From an uncultured Bacteroidales bacterium (lineage in GTDB: Bacteria > Bacteroidota > Bacteroidia > Bacteroidales > GCA-2748055), in NCBI GenBank assembly GCA_963792395.1, contig CAWBWE010000006.1, forward strand, positions 14,973 through 78,972: 64,000 nucleotides of DNA, given 5' to 3'. The translations under genes and the position numbers were made by a program. Shown piece by piece: positions 47,729 to 59,158 of the stretch; positions within the stretch are counted from its first letter, which is position 1, and every line of letters begins with the position of its first letter. The notes below the pieces were generated by a model. The model searched no databases. It was not told the DNA's origin and worked only from the letters and a program-made list of their open reading frames with translations.

Positions 47729-47845
47729 CTTTCTGTAACTTGCTTCTATATTCTGTAGACGAATGAGAGGCAACAATATTTTAAATCCTTGTGATTTCGT
47801 GGTAAATTACAGATTCAAATACAGAATCTACATAAATAATCAGAT

Positions 47846-50291
47846 ATGAAACACGCTCGCCACAGCTTTCTTTGTGCATTAGCCTGCCTGCTATGCACGT
47901 CAGCTGCCTATGCGCAGGAAAACAACATTGCCGTCAACACCGGCTGGGACCAGGAACGGTTCTCCTGGGAGGCGCAATGGATCACGCACCCCACGGCATC
48001 TACGCTGGAATACGGGGTCTTTCTTTTCCGCAATGAGTTCCGGCTGGAGCGGGCTCCGGAATCGCTGGTGGTGCACCTCTCGGCCGACAATCGCTATAAG
48101 CTCTGGGTGAACGGAGAGCTGGTCACCACCGGTCCGGCCAAGGGTAGTTTTAACTACTGGCGCTACGAAACCATCGATCTGGGCCCCTGGCTGGCTGGAG
48201 GGCGAGAATGTGCTGGCCGTGCAGGTCTTTAACCTGGGCGAAGAGCGGCCGGCGGCCATGTTCTCCAGGCAGACCGCCTTTATTTTTCAGTCGGATAAAA
48301 AGCTGACAGGGGATCAGGAACTGAACACCCCGGGTACCTGGAGGGTGATGCAGGACGAGGCCTTCTCCCCCATTCCGGTATCCGATGAAGAGGTGGGAGG
48401 CTACTATGTGGCCGGGCCCACGGACCGTTTTGAGGCGGCGGGCCATCCCTGGGGCTGGCTGGAGGCCGGCTTCGATGCCGCGGCCTGGAGTGATCCGCGA
48501 AGCCTGGGCAAAGGGGTGGGAAGGGGCTATATGCACGGGGTCAACTGGATGCTGGTACCGCGTCCTATTCCGCTGATGGAATCGGGAGAGCTCCGCTTCC
48601 AGGGCCTGGCCCGGAGCAGTGGCATGGAAATTCCCGAAGGATTCATCAGGGGCGATAAGGAATTTGTGGTTTCGGCAGGGGATACGGTGAGCCTGCTGCT
48701 GGACCAGGGGGAACTGACGGTGGGTTACCCGGTCCTGGAATTTACCGGGGGACCAGGCAGTCAGATCAAGCTGACCTACGCCGAGTCGCTGCGCCATCCC
48801 GACGGTTCCAAAGGCAACCGCAATCAGACCGAGGGCAAGCAGATCCTGGGCTACTCTGATCTGATCCTCCCGGACGGGGGGGCTCATCGCAGCTTTCAGC
48901 CCCTGTGGCTGCGCACCTGGCGCTATGTGCAAGTGGATATCATCTGCGCGGAGGATCCCCTGGTCATCCACGATATTTACGGCGATTTCTGCGCTTATCC
49001 CTTCCAGGAAAAGGGCTCCTTCTCCAGCAACAATCCCCTGCATGACCGGATCTGGGATGCAGGCTGGCGGACCGCGCGGCTCTGTGCCGGGGAGACCTAC
49101 ATGGACTGTCCCTACTACGAGCAGCTGCAATACCTGGGCGATACCCGTATCCAGGCACTGATCTCGCTTTCCGTGGCAGGCGATGACCGCCTGATGCGGA
49201 ATGCCCTGAAACTGGCCGATGAGTCTCGTATCCCCGAAGGACTTACCTTATCCCGGGGCCCCTCCTTCATCCCCCAGGTGATCCCTGCCTTCTCCCTCTA
49301 CTGGGTGGATATGGTTCACGACTATTACCTCCACCGGCAGGACGATCAGTTCCTCCGGCAATTCCTTCCGGGCATCGAAGGAGTCCTGGGATGGTTTGAA
49401 AAGCGCATTGACTTTACCGGGACGCTGGGACCCCTGGAGTGGTTCAACTTTGCAGACTGGACCGAGGGCTTTCTGGTGGGAGTTCCTCCCGGCGCGGACC
49501 TGGGACACTCGGCCCTGATCAGCCTCAACTATGTCTATGCCCTGGAACGGGCCGCAGAACTGTTCAACTGGTTTGCTCAACTGGAAGCTTCCCCGGAGTT
49601 GGCCGGCAGGGCCCAGGAATACCTTTTGCAGGCGGAACGTACCCGAAAAGCGGTGTACAACCTGTGTTACGATCGGTCACGCGGCTTACTGAGCGATATC
49701 CCGGTGGATGATCCCACCAGGGATAAGCTGTATAATCAGAGGGTCTACTCCCAGCACACCAACATCTGGGGCATTCTCACCGGGGTCTTCCCGGAAGATG
49801 ATGTGCCTGAGGTCATGGAGCGAATCCTGGCCGATACCACGCTGATCCCCACCACCATCTATTTTCGCTTTTACCTTTTCGAGGCCATGAAGAAGGCCGG
49901 AATGGCCGATTTATATCCCGGTATGCTGAATTCGTGGGAGCGGATGCTGGAGAATGGACTCAGCACCTTCCAGGAGGGCGATACCATGGACCGCTCGGAT
50001 TGCCATGCCTGGTCGGCCAGTCCCCTCTACCACTTCCTCTCGCTGGTAAGCGGAATTACCCCGGCCGAACCGGGTTTCCGGTCGGTGCATATCGCTCCGG
50101 CCCTGGGCTCCCTGAAGAATATCGAGGCCAAAATGCCCCACCCCAAAGGAATGATCCTGATACAGCTGGAGAGAAAAGGAAAAGGGGGAATCAAAGGCAG
50201 CGTTACGCTTCCTGAAGGGCTGCATGGAACTTTCACCTGGGGGAAGCAAACCCTTACACTGTCGCCAGGATTCCAGCAGATCAGACTATGA
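47846..50291 (+). CDS. Alpha-L-rhamnosidase (GH78), one frameshift near 48205
   Basis: SADNRYKLWVNG, ETYMDCPYYEQLQYLGD, RSDCHAWSASP; signal peptide. Confidence 0.9.
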
Positions 50292-50938
50292 GACCTGCGG
50301 GCCAGTTGAAATACACCAATCACCAACAATTCGCGATACTTGCGGTTTGTATCACTGCCGTGCTTAAGTTTATTTTTATGGACTGGCTGAACTGGAGTGT
50401 ATTCTATATCACCGGAATTGTCCTGTTCTGGTTAGCTTTTATTCTTTACCGGGTAAAATCAAACAGTGAAATAATAATTCTCTGGGGCTTTAAAAAAGAG
50501 TATTTTAAGCAGAGCATGCTTTACCTGTCACCCCTGATCATTCTTACGGGTATCGTATCCGTTCTTTACAGTGGCATAAATGAAAGTCTGACTTTTTCCT
50601 GGTATTTTATTCTGGTCCTGCTTCTGTATCCATTCTGGGGTCTTATTCAACAATTTATGATGCTGGGTATCATATCGCAGAGCCTGCTCAGTGTAACGAA
50701 GGGTAAAATGAACAGGGTTCTCATTATTTTCCTGGTATCCGCTCTGTTCAGCATGGTTCATTATCCGAGTCCTTTCCTGATGATTTTCACATTTTTCCTG
50801 GAAGTGGTATTTACCATGGTCTATTTGAAATGGAGAAATTTATGGGCTATCGGCTTCGCCCATGGTTGGATTGGCACATTTATCTTATACTATGTGCTGG
50901 ATCGAAATCTTTGGTCTGAACTCTTTAGCATCTTCTAG
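50288..50938 (+). CDS. CPBP/Abi (CAAX protease-like) membrane protein
   Basis: WGLIQQF, LFSMVHYP, RNLWAIGFAHGW; QQ stands in place of the canonical EE. Confidence 0.75.
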   Translation: MRPAGQLKYTNHQQFAILAVCITAVLKFIFMDWLNWSVFYITGIVLFWLAFILYRVKSNSEIIILWGFKKEYFKQSMLYLSPLIILTGIVSVLYSGINESLTFSWYFILVLLLYPFWGLIQQFMMLGIISQSLLSVTKGKMNRVLIIFLVSALFSMVHYPSPFLMIFTFFLEVVFTMVYLKWRNLWAIGFAHGWIGTFILYYVLDRNLWSELFSIF

Positions 50939-51657
50939 ATATGAAAGAATCTGCGCAACTCGATTCCAGACTTGAGCCTGAAGTGTACAAGTAACAAAAA
51001 AGCCGATATGGGGATCATGGATGATGCTGCGATGAGACTCCAGCTAAGCGTAATCTGATGACTAAAATAGAGCGATACAAAAACCTCTATGCAGATAAGG
51101 AACAGGCCCATTGCGATAAAAATCAAAGCTAAAATATTGAATCCATGCCGGTTTGAGATACGAAAATGCCACAGTAATAGAAGAATCAATGCATATAAAG
51201 ATATAAGAATGGGGATCCCCAGCTTGGTGCCCCACCCGATATTTGAACTTAGCAGATCCAGCAGCAAAAGCAAAGCTGCATTTGAAATAAAGCTCCCCAG
51301 AACCATCATAAAGACTCTGTTACGTAGAAGCGTGAAAAAACTTATGCTGGCCAGTACGCACAGAGAAGCAACTAAAATATACTTTGACCAGGATATATTC
51401 TTGCTTACAATTAAATTGATAATGAGGGTTATAAGAATTCCTGAGACCAATATGATCCCTGATATGGCCCAAAATAACTTCCGTTTCTGAACCGCAGTCA
51501 TATTCTCAATTTCGCTTATTATCTCTTCTTTAAACACAGGCTGTTTGAATTTCCATTCTTGTGTTACAACCCGCTTTTCGCCGACAGTTAGCCCACATAA
51601 GGGACAAAAGCTCATCGTCTTGTCCAATTCAACCCCACAGTAATTGCAATAGCTCAT
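50935..51657 (-). CDS. Zinc-ribbon membrane protein (DUF6320-like)
   Basis: YCNYCGVEL....FCPLC, several TM helices, C-terminal ELRRFFHI. Confidence 0.78.
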   Translation of the reverse strand: MSYCNYCGVELDKTMSFCPLCGLTVGEKRVVTQEWKFKQPVFKEEIISEIENMTAVQKRKLFWAISGIILVSGILITLIINLIVSKNISWSKYILVASLCVLASISFFTLLRNRVFMMVLGSFISNAALLLLLDLLSSNIGWGTKLGIPILISLYALILLLLWHFRISNRHGFNILALIFIAMGLFLICIEVFVSLYFSHQITLSWSLIAASSMIPISAFLLLVHFRLKSGIELRRFFHI

Positions 51658-51658
51658 T

Positions 51659-52942
51659 TTAAATCATATTTACCAGGTTCACATGGATTCCTTGCCGGGT
51701 AAGAAAATGGAGGAATTTTTGCTCAAAATCCTTTGACCGGGATATATTACCAAAACTCAAAACAAGTTTGTTGCCATAGCCGATAACTCCACAGTTTAAC
51801 TTAAGTTTTCTATTGGGGGGCGGAGGGGTAAGGGCAAAATACTCGACTCTATCACAAATTGATTCCGGCAAGTCAATTTTTCCAAGGTTCGTTACGACTC
51901 CACTGTATTGATTAGCACCTTCCGAATAGTACTTGAAATAGAGCACCAGGCTTTTTAGCCAGATGGGGATTCCTCTGACAAACCGGTTTTTTTCGCCACC
52001 CACATTTCGAGAGATAATCTTACTGATAAGTTTTTCATCTGTTTCCAGCTGCATCTTGTGGTAGACAATTTTTAGAATTTCATCGAAGGAATACTTGCCC
52101 AGACGAAAATCAATTTCAGGGATAACAAAAAGTGAAAAATTTCGCATTGTTTTGCTTGGGTAAATGTTCCTTAAATTGACTGGAACCTCGATCCGGGCAT
52201 ACTTGTTTGGAGTGGGGATGCCCTTATTTTTGCACTCATAAAATATATCCTGCAGAATCCACAAATAAACAGCGATCAAGTATTCGGTGATACTCACACC
52301 TTTTTCCTTTGCTTTTTGTTTCAATTCAAGTAATGATATAATCGCATATACTACATCAAAACGAGGCTTCTTTCTTAAGGGGTAAGGTAAATGAAATGCC
52401 TTTGGCTGGCTAAGGACCGTGGGAATATTTTCCTTGAAATATCGGTTGTAGGCATCTGTAAACTCTTCTTCGTCAGCATCCCTGATAAAAAAATCATCTA
52501 TTTGATTATTTTGGACGATCCCTTTCTCTTTAAAATAATAGAGGAGAATTGACTTCAGGAAAGTCATTATGCCGTGACCATCGGTCAGAATATGGGATAG
52601 CTCAACGCTCAGCCGGTTTTTATGGACCAGAATTCTTATAAGCAGTCTGTTTTCTTTGTTTATGCCAAAAGCCCTGCAGGGCATCTGGTCATCAGGCCGG
52701 ATCATGATCGGATCCTGAACCTGTTCCAGATAATACCAGAAAAAGCCACGACGTAAGCGCACGATATAATAAGGAAACCTCTTTTCAGCCCGTTCTACCG
52801 CCTTAAAAAGACAGCTTATTGTAAGGGGTTCGCTTAATACTGCTGTTAATCGCATAACGGTTGTATTCTCCTTACTTCGAATAGCAGGGAATATTTTAGC
52901 AGCATTATCTAAAGGACTCCAGAAACTTTCCTTATGTTCCAT
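51659..52942 (-). CDS. Alcohol acetyltransferase / condensation-like CoA-dependent acyltransferase
   Basis: W.PLDNAAKIFPA, LRRGFFWYYLE, HILTDGHG (HxxxDG), PVNLR..PS.TMRNF, TNLG. Confidence 0.85.
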   Translation of the reverse strand: MEHKESFWSPLDNAAKIFPAIRSKENTTVMRLTAVLSEPLTISCLFKAVERAEKRFPYYIVRLRRGFFWYYLEQVQDPIMIRPDDQMPCRAFGINKENRLLIRILVHKNRLSVELSHILTDGHGIMTFLKSILLYYFKEKGIVQNNQIDDFFIRDADEEEFTDAYNRYFKENIPTVLSQPKAFHLPYPLRKKPRFDVVYAIISLLELKQKAKEKGVSITEYLIAVYLWILQDIFYECKNKGIPTPNKYARIEVPVNLRNIYPSKTMRNFSLFVIPEIDFRLGKYSFDEILKIVYHKMQLETDEKLISKIISRNVGGEKNRFVRGIPIWLKSLVLYFKYYSEGANQYSGVVTNLGKIDLPESICDRVEYFALTPPPPNRKLKLNCGVIGYGNKLVLSFGNISRSKDFEQKFLHFLTRQGIHVNLVNMI

Positions 52943-53125
52943 CAAATTAGGTATCTTATAGGAAACCCCAGACCTACCTGTCAAAGTTACCAATAATAAG
53001 ATACATCGGATTGTCCTTACCCTTTTACCTTAAAACCTGACCCAATAGTCAATAAATCTACAGCGATCCCCTAACACCCGGAGAACTATTTGCGATCCCG
53101 GTAGTTAATAGTAGTAAACAAAGCT

Positions 53126-54067
53126 ATGCAAACGATTTTGGGATCAGGAGGCTCCATTGGCACGGAGCTGGCAAAAGCACTCAAACAGTATACCGGCGAT
53201 ATTAAACTGGTCAGCCGTAATCCGCTAAAGGTAAATGACACGGACACTCTTCATGCAGCGGATCTTACGGATGCCATGCAGGTGGAGGAAGCAGTGGAAG
53301 GAAGCGAAATTTGCTATGTAACCCTGGGATTTGAATACAAGACCAGAGTCTGGGAAGAAAGATGGCTCCCATTTATGACCAGTGTGGTGGAAGCCTGCAT
53401 CAGACACAGGTCCAAGCTGGTATTCTTTGACAATGTGTATGCCATCGGGGGCAATCACGTCACTCATATCACCGAGGATTCGCCCATTAGTCCAAGCAGC
53501 AAAAAGGGGGAAGTTCGTGCAGCCGTGGACAGGCTGATCCTGGATCGGATGGAGCATGAGGGCTTGCAGGCCATTATTGCCAGAGCACCCGATTTTTTCG
53601 GCCCCGTAAAAAAGCAGAACAGCCTGCTGCTGAATTTAGTCTATGATAATCTGGCAAAGGGTAAGGCCGCTCAGTGGTTCTGCAATGCAGATGTGCCCCA
53701 TACCATAGGGTTTACCCCCGATCTTGCCAGGGGAACGGCCATGCTTGGGAATGCGGAGGATGCCTACAACCAGGTGTGGAATCTCCCGGTGGATATGAAT
53801 TCCATGACCGGAAGGGAATGGGCCGGACTGTTTGCAGAAGAAATGAACGCTCGTAACAAGCTCCAGGTTCTGCCCCTCTGGGCGCTCAGGCTTCTGGGCC
53901 TGTTTGTTCCTGTTTTAAGTGAAATGCCCGAAATGATGTACCAGTTTGACAGACCCTATCACTTTGACTGTACCAAGTTCAATAGCAAGTTTAATTATGC
54001 AGCAAGCTCCAACCAGAAGGCGGCCAGACAAACCATTAAACTGCTGGCAAATAATAACAATTCCTAA
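53126..54067 (+). CDS. NAD-dependent epimerase/dehydratase (atypical SDR)
   Basis: TILGSGGSIG, FFDNVY, P.SKKG.VRA, ARAPDFFGP. Confidence 0.88.
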   Translation: MQTILGSGGSIGTELAKALKQYTGDIKLVSRNPLKVNDTDTLHAADLTDAMQVEEAVEGSEICYVTLGFEYKTRVWEERWLPFMTSVVEACIRHRSKLVFFDNVYAIGGNHVTHITEDSPISPSSKKGEVRAAVDRLILDRMEHEGLQAIIARAPDFFGPVKKQNSLLLNLVYDNLAKGKAAQWFCNADVPHTIGFTPDLARGTAMLGNAEDAYNQVWNLPVDMNSMTGREWAGLFAEEMNARNKLQVLPLWALRLLGLFVPVLSEMPEMMYQFDRPYHFDCTKFNSKFNYAASSNQKAARQTIKLLANNNNS

Positions 54068-54078
54068 AAACAAACCCT

Positions 54079-54588
54079 ATGAAAAGTATATTGATCGTAG
54101 CCTTTGCAGTTGTATTTACAGTTTCATCCTTCTCCCAATCCAGCGACACAGACTCCCTGTCCAAATCGAAAATAAGCCAGCTGGAATTTATGGTTGGGAA
54201 CTGGGAAGGAAGCGGCTGGATGATGGGCAGAGACGGCTCAAAGTCCGAGTTTGACCAAACGGAGAACATCCAGTTCAAACTGGATTCCACCATGGTCCTG
54301 ATCGAAGGCCTGGGCAAATCCCAGGGAAAGGTAGTTCACAACGCCCTGGCCCTTCTGACCTACAACAAAGCGGAGGATAAACTCTCGTTCAGATCCTATC
54401 TGCAAAATGGACTGGGCGGTGAATTTCCTGCGGAGCTGACGGAGGGCCGCCTGTACTGGTATCCAAACCAGAATGTTCGTTACATCATCTGGATAAATGA
54501 ACAGGGGCAATGGTTTGAAACTGGAGAATTTCTCAGGGGAGAAAACTGGATGCAGTTCTTTGAAATGACGCTGGACAAAGAACAGTAG
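54079..54588 (+). CDS. Secreted beta-barrel hypothetical protein (DUF1579-like)
   Basis: Signal peptide; FMVGNWEGSGW, F.QTE, W.ETGE, FFEMTL. Confidence 0.72.
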   Translation: MKSILIVAFAVVFTVSSFSQSSDTDSLSKSKISQLEFMVGNWEGSGWMMGRDGSKSEFDQTENIQFKLDSTMVLIEGLGKSQGKVVHNALALLTYNKAEDKLSFRSYLQNGLGGEFPAELTEGRLYWYPNQNVRYIIWINEQGQWFETGEFLRGENWMQFFEMTLDKEQ

Positions 54589-54634
54589 GACAAGCCCCTG
54601 TGGAGCCAGGATATGGAAAAGAAAACGCTTCCTT

Positions 54635-55240
54635 TTAGTCACCCAGACAACGGACCGACATGCCCGACTCTTTGGGACCGCTGCCGGTTTTAAACTGATC
54701 GCTGTCAATCTTCAGATATTTGAATTTGGCCTCTGACCTGGATATTTCTGTGGCCGACCAGAAAAAACCCATGTCTCCCATAAAGGGATAGGAAGTATCG
54801 GAGGGATCCTCCAGGTATCCACCGGGCATTCCGGAAAACCCACTGGAATTACTTGGTTCCTCAATCTTTGAACTCCAGTAGGTGCTGATCTTTTTCATGA
54901 TGGTTCCGGCCACCTTGGCCCCGCCCAGCTGATCGGCCAGTTGTTCCAGCTCCTCCTCGGAAGGCAGGTGCCAGCCGTCCGGACAAACCTCCAGAGCTAC
55001 CTCCCAGCAATACAGTCTCCCGAATACCTCCACCATCGGAGAGTCGTTCGGATATATGGCACGGGAACTTTCAGCAGCATACTTTAAGTTCTCAGCCATC
55101 CAGAGCTGCTGGCCGATCCGGACGGTCTGGTATGCCGTACCATCCCGCGGGTCCATAAAAACATCATAATCCTGTGCGGTAAGTGTGACACCCCACAGGA
55201 GGAACAGACAGACGGTCATATAGGGATTCATCGTGGACAC
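54635..55240 (-). CDS. Fibrobacter succinogenes major paralogous (FISUMP) domain protein
   Basis: DPRDG..Y.TV.IG.Q.WMAENL, GRLY.W, CPDGWHLPS, GFS..PGG, FWSAT, SVRC. Confidence 0.9.
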   Translation of the reverse strand: MSTMNPYMTVCLFLLWGVTLTAQDYDVFMDPRDGTAYQTVRIGQQLWMAENLKYAAESSRAIYPNDSPMVEVFGRLYCWEVALEVCPDGWHLPSEEELEQLADQLGGAKVAGTIMKKISTYWSSKIEEPSNSSGFSGMPGGYLEDPSDTSYPFMGDMGFFWSATEISRSEAKFKYLKIDSDQFKTGSGPKESGMSVRCLGD

Positions 55241-55305
55241 AATTAGTCAATCCTTGCGTGTCGCAAAATATGAATAAAATCCAATATAATACCCAGGCCT
55301 CCGGC

Positions 55306-58300
55306 TTACTTCCTCACCCGGATGGGATAGGGGGGCCGCACCGGTTCCCGGGGCGGATTCTGCTTCAGTTGCTCCAGAACCACTTCAATGGCTTTTTCCA
55401 GCTGGGGATCACGCACCGGCGATCACATCGGCCGGAGTTTGTTCCACCTCGATATCCGGGGCAACCCCCACATTCTCCACGATAAACCCGTCCTCGGTCC
55501 AGATGGCCACATTGGGTGCCGTCACATAGCCTCCGTCCACCAGCTCGGGAAATCCAAGCACTCCCACCAGTCCGCCCCAGGTGCGTTTTCCCACCAGGGT
55601 GCCCACATCGAATTTACGGAACATCTAGGGGAGCATATCGCCTCCCGACCCGGCGTTCTCATCGATGATCATCACCTTGGGCCCCTGGATGGAGGCACTG
55701 GGCGATTTAAAATCGCTGGTATAACGCATGTTCCAGTGCGCCTGGTAGGGCCTCATCAGGATGTCGATGTAGTAGTCGGCCAGGGAACCGCCCCCGTTGT
55801 AGCGCTCATCGACGATGATCGCCTTCTTGTTGGCCTGGGGAAAGAAGTAGCGTTTGAAATACTCGTGTCCTGCTCCGGCTGTATTGGGAACATAAACATA
55901 GGCCACCTGTCCGTCGGTGGCTTCGTTCACCTTCTTCAGGTTGCCTTCCACCCAGTCGCGGTTCCGCAGGGCAATACTCACTTTCCACTGGGAACCACCT
56001 GGATCTCCCTGGATACCGCTGCCATCGGGATTCGGCCCCACCGTGAGGTCGACAATTTTTCCTGAGCTGTTTTCAAAGGGCTGGTAGAGATTGGTACCGC
56101 TGGTCAGATCCCTGCCATTTACCTGCAAGCAGGTATTCGCCCGCTTTGACATTCAGTCCCGGTTCGGTAAGGGGGAACGCAGTTTCGGGATTCCAGTTCA
56201 GTCCTTCAAACACCTTGGTTATCCGGTAGCGATTGTTCTCCACGGCGAAATCCGCCCCCAGCAGTCCGCCCGGCACACTTTCGGTTTCACCCAGCCGGTC
56301 GCCTCCTCCCAGGCGGTGATGACCCACGCCCAGTTCGCTGCACATCCACATCATCACCTTGTTCAGGTCGCTCCTGCAGCTCAGGTGTTCCAGGAAGGGG
56401 GCATACTTTTCTTTCATGGCGGGCCAGTCGGCACCGTGCATGCCCGGATCGTAAAAGTAATCCCGGTTGATACGCCAGGCCTCATCAAATATCTGCGGCC
56501 ATTCGGACAGGGGATCTATTTTCACCTCCATACTTCCGGTCTTCAGGTTCCCCTTCTCCGGATCGGGCTTGGCGCCTGCATCGGCAATGCCCCATTGCGG
56601 ACCCTTCAGGTAGAGCATCTTTTTTCCATCGGCACTGAGCAGGATAGTAGTCGATCTCGGCCACCTCTTTGTCTTCACGCTTCTCCAGATCATACACATG
56701 CATGCTCCGCTTGCCGTCACTCCGAAGCAGGTAGATCAGCTGGTTCTCCTTGTCTGATCCCAGATCCGGCCAGATCCCCCCCATCCAGGGGCAGATCAAT
56801 GATCCTGTTCTGGATCCCCTCCAGGTCGATCTTCACCTCCTCTTACCTCCTCCACGGGTTTGTCTTCTTCTGCCTCCTTCTTTTTCTTCTTTCCTTTGCT
56901 ATCTGCAGCTTCTCCTTCCTTCTCTTCCTCAGCCTGCTCCTCGTCACTCTCTTTGGCAAAAGGAGAAAGGGTCTCTTTCTGAAGGGTGGCCAGGTAGATG
57001 TTGCTGGTCATTTGCATATCGGCATTGGATTGATCAAACCAGTTGACCACCGGACCTGCATCGGTGGAGGCAAGGAAATAGAGGTACTTGCCCCCCCGGT
57101 CAAAAACCGGCTCCACCGCATTGCTCAGTCCATCAGATCACCGCAAAGGATTTTTGTTGCTCCACGGAATACAGGTGAATCTGTTCAAAATTAGTCTCGG
57201 TAAGCCTGGTATAGGCGATCCACCTGGAGTCGGCGGACCAGTCACCATGGGCCGGCCGGAACGTACCGGGCCTGTATAACTCATCCGAATCGATTTTAAT
57301 GACCACTCCGGAGGCCAGGTCCATCAGGTAGAAGTTCCTTCCGTTATCCACATAGGTAATCTTTTTGCTATCGGGCGACCAGCGAATATCGCTGTAAAAT
57401 CCGGTCCCTGTGAGGGGAAGGATCCTGGCTGTTCCCCTGCCATCCTGCGGCTTTATATGCAGCTGATATTCACCGGAAGCATCGGAGAAGTAGGCCACTT
57501 CTTTGCCATCGGGCGACCAGGCCGGGTATTTCTCATGGGCATCGGTGGTCCGGGTCAGGTTGCGGGGATCGCCCTTATCGGCCGGAACGGTAATGATCTC
57601 TCCCCTGAAATCGAATACCGCCCGTGCACCGGATGGCGAGATATGGGCCCACCGTATATACCGGTCACCCGATACAAAGCGGGGGCGGAGTTCCAGGAGG
57701 TCGGCAGCAATACCGATGGTCAGTTTTTTTGAACTGGTAGCCTGCGAATCAAAGGTGTGCAGAAATCCCTCCTGCTCGTATATAATCTGATCCTTAAAAA
57801 AGGAAGCGCTGATGATCGGGAAATCCTCGTACTGGGTCAGCTGCTCTATTTCCCCGGTTTCCGTGTGAAAGGTGAACAGGTTGAACTCCCCGTTCCGGTC
57901 GCTGAGGAAGTAGATCAGATCTCCGATCCACATGGGATTTATATCGTTGCTGCCCCCTTCGGGTTTGGGGATTTCCGTCTTGGAATGGTCCTCGAAGGAA
58001 AAGATCCAGAGGGTGGACATGGTGCCCCCCCGGTAGTTCTTCCACTGCCTGAACCGGTCGCCTATCGGGGTGTAGACCATGGAGCTGCCATCCGGAGAGT
58101 AGCAGGCATGGTAGGCATTGGGGATCTCCAGCTTCTCGGGGAACCCACCCTCCAGGGGCACGGTAAACAATTGCATAAACCGTCCTGTGTGAACCGTGCG
58201 CATGGAAAGGAAAAGGACCCTGGAGCCATCGGGAGTGAATCCTGCAACCAGGTCCTCCATGGGATGCCAGGTAAGCCGCCGGGGGATCCCCCCTTCCACC

Positions 58301-58593
58301 GGGAGCAGGAATACATCCGTATTTCCATCATACTCCCCGCTGAAGGCGATATGCCTGCCATCGGGTGAAAATTGGGGCCGTGATTCAACTCCTTCACTCA
58401 CCGTCAGGCGCCTGGCCTGCGTTCCGTCCGGATTGGCCACCCAGAGATCATTGGCGTAGATAAAGGCGATATGATCCTGGCTGATGGCGGGTTGCTCCAT
58501 CAGCCTGGTATCCTTTGGATCGATCCCTGAAAGGACCAATGTAGACATAGCAAGCAGCAGTGAGAGTGCCGCGCTTATTCCTGCTTTCTTCAT
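55306..58593 (-). CDS. Tricorn-like S41 protease (beta-propellers, PDZ, catalytic domain), multiple frameshifts and an in-frame TAG at 55625
   Basis: IAFIYANDLW, PD40 repeats, EWPQIFDEAWR..RDYFYDP, IVDERYNGGG, AGSGGD, GKRTWGGLVG, ENVGVAPDI. Confidence 0.92.
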
Positions 58594-58667
58594 AATAAAT
58601 GATTTGATTTGGATATTTTCCAGAAACGAGGATTCAATTTAGTAATTAGTTTTCACTCTGCAGGTAA

Positions 58668-59132
58668 ATGCGCAACCAATTTGCCGACCGGATCGTCCTG
58701 TTAAAAAAAGCACTGATTGTGAAATACAAAATTCTGCATAAGTCCGCTCTGGCTCTGTGTTTGATTCTCCTTAGCTCCGGCATGATGAATTGTGAGAACC
58801 AGGCAGATGAATTTTTGCCGGACTTATATGATGATTCCCATAAACTTTTGATCCTGCCGGATTATCCGGATAGTCAGGATGAGATTTTAGCCATTGAAAC
58901 CATCTGCGGCAATGAATCTGATGTTATTCTGGAGTTCCGGGATAAACAGATCCTCTACAAGCGGTATTTCAACAGCCTGATGATGATGCCCTGCAGTCCC
59001 AGGGCCGATACCACAGTAATCGGGCAACTGAGTGCGGGTCAATATCAGTTAATACACTGTTTGATTGATAAGAACCATCTCCTTTCGGATAGCATATTTT
59101 TGCTTGATACCATTCCCCTTCTCGTCAAATAA
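58668..59132 (+). CDS. Hypothetical protein, possible lipoprotein
   Basis: Hydrophobic leader ending MMNC; true start may be the GTG near 58719. Confidence 0.55.
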   Translation: MRNQFADRIVLLKKALIVKYKILHKSALALCLILLSSGMMNCENQADEFLPDLYDDSHKLLILPDYPDSQDEILAIETICGNESDVILEFRDKQILYKRYFNSLMMMPCSPRADTTVIGQLSAGQYQLIHCLIDKNHLLSDSIFLLDTIPLLVK

Positions 59133-59158
59133 GAATAGCTATCTTTAGCTATTGGATC

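Noticed and set aside
45749-55627. Two in-frame TAG codons (SusD, tricorn) as a sign of stop-codon reassignment or pyrrolysine
   Set aside because: Many intact genes end cleanly in TAG (e.g. 1427, 3271, 6030, 26155), and both cases lie in error-rich segments.
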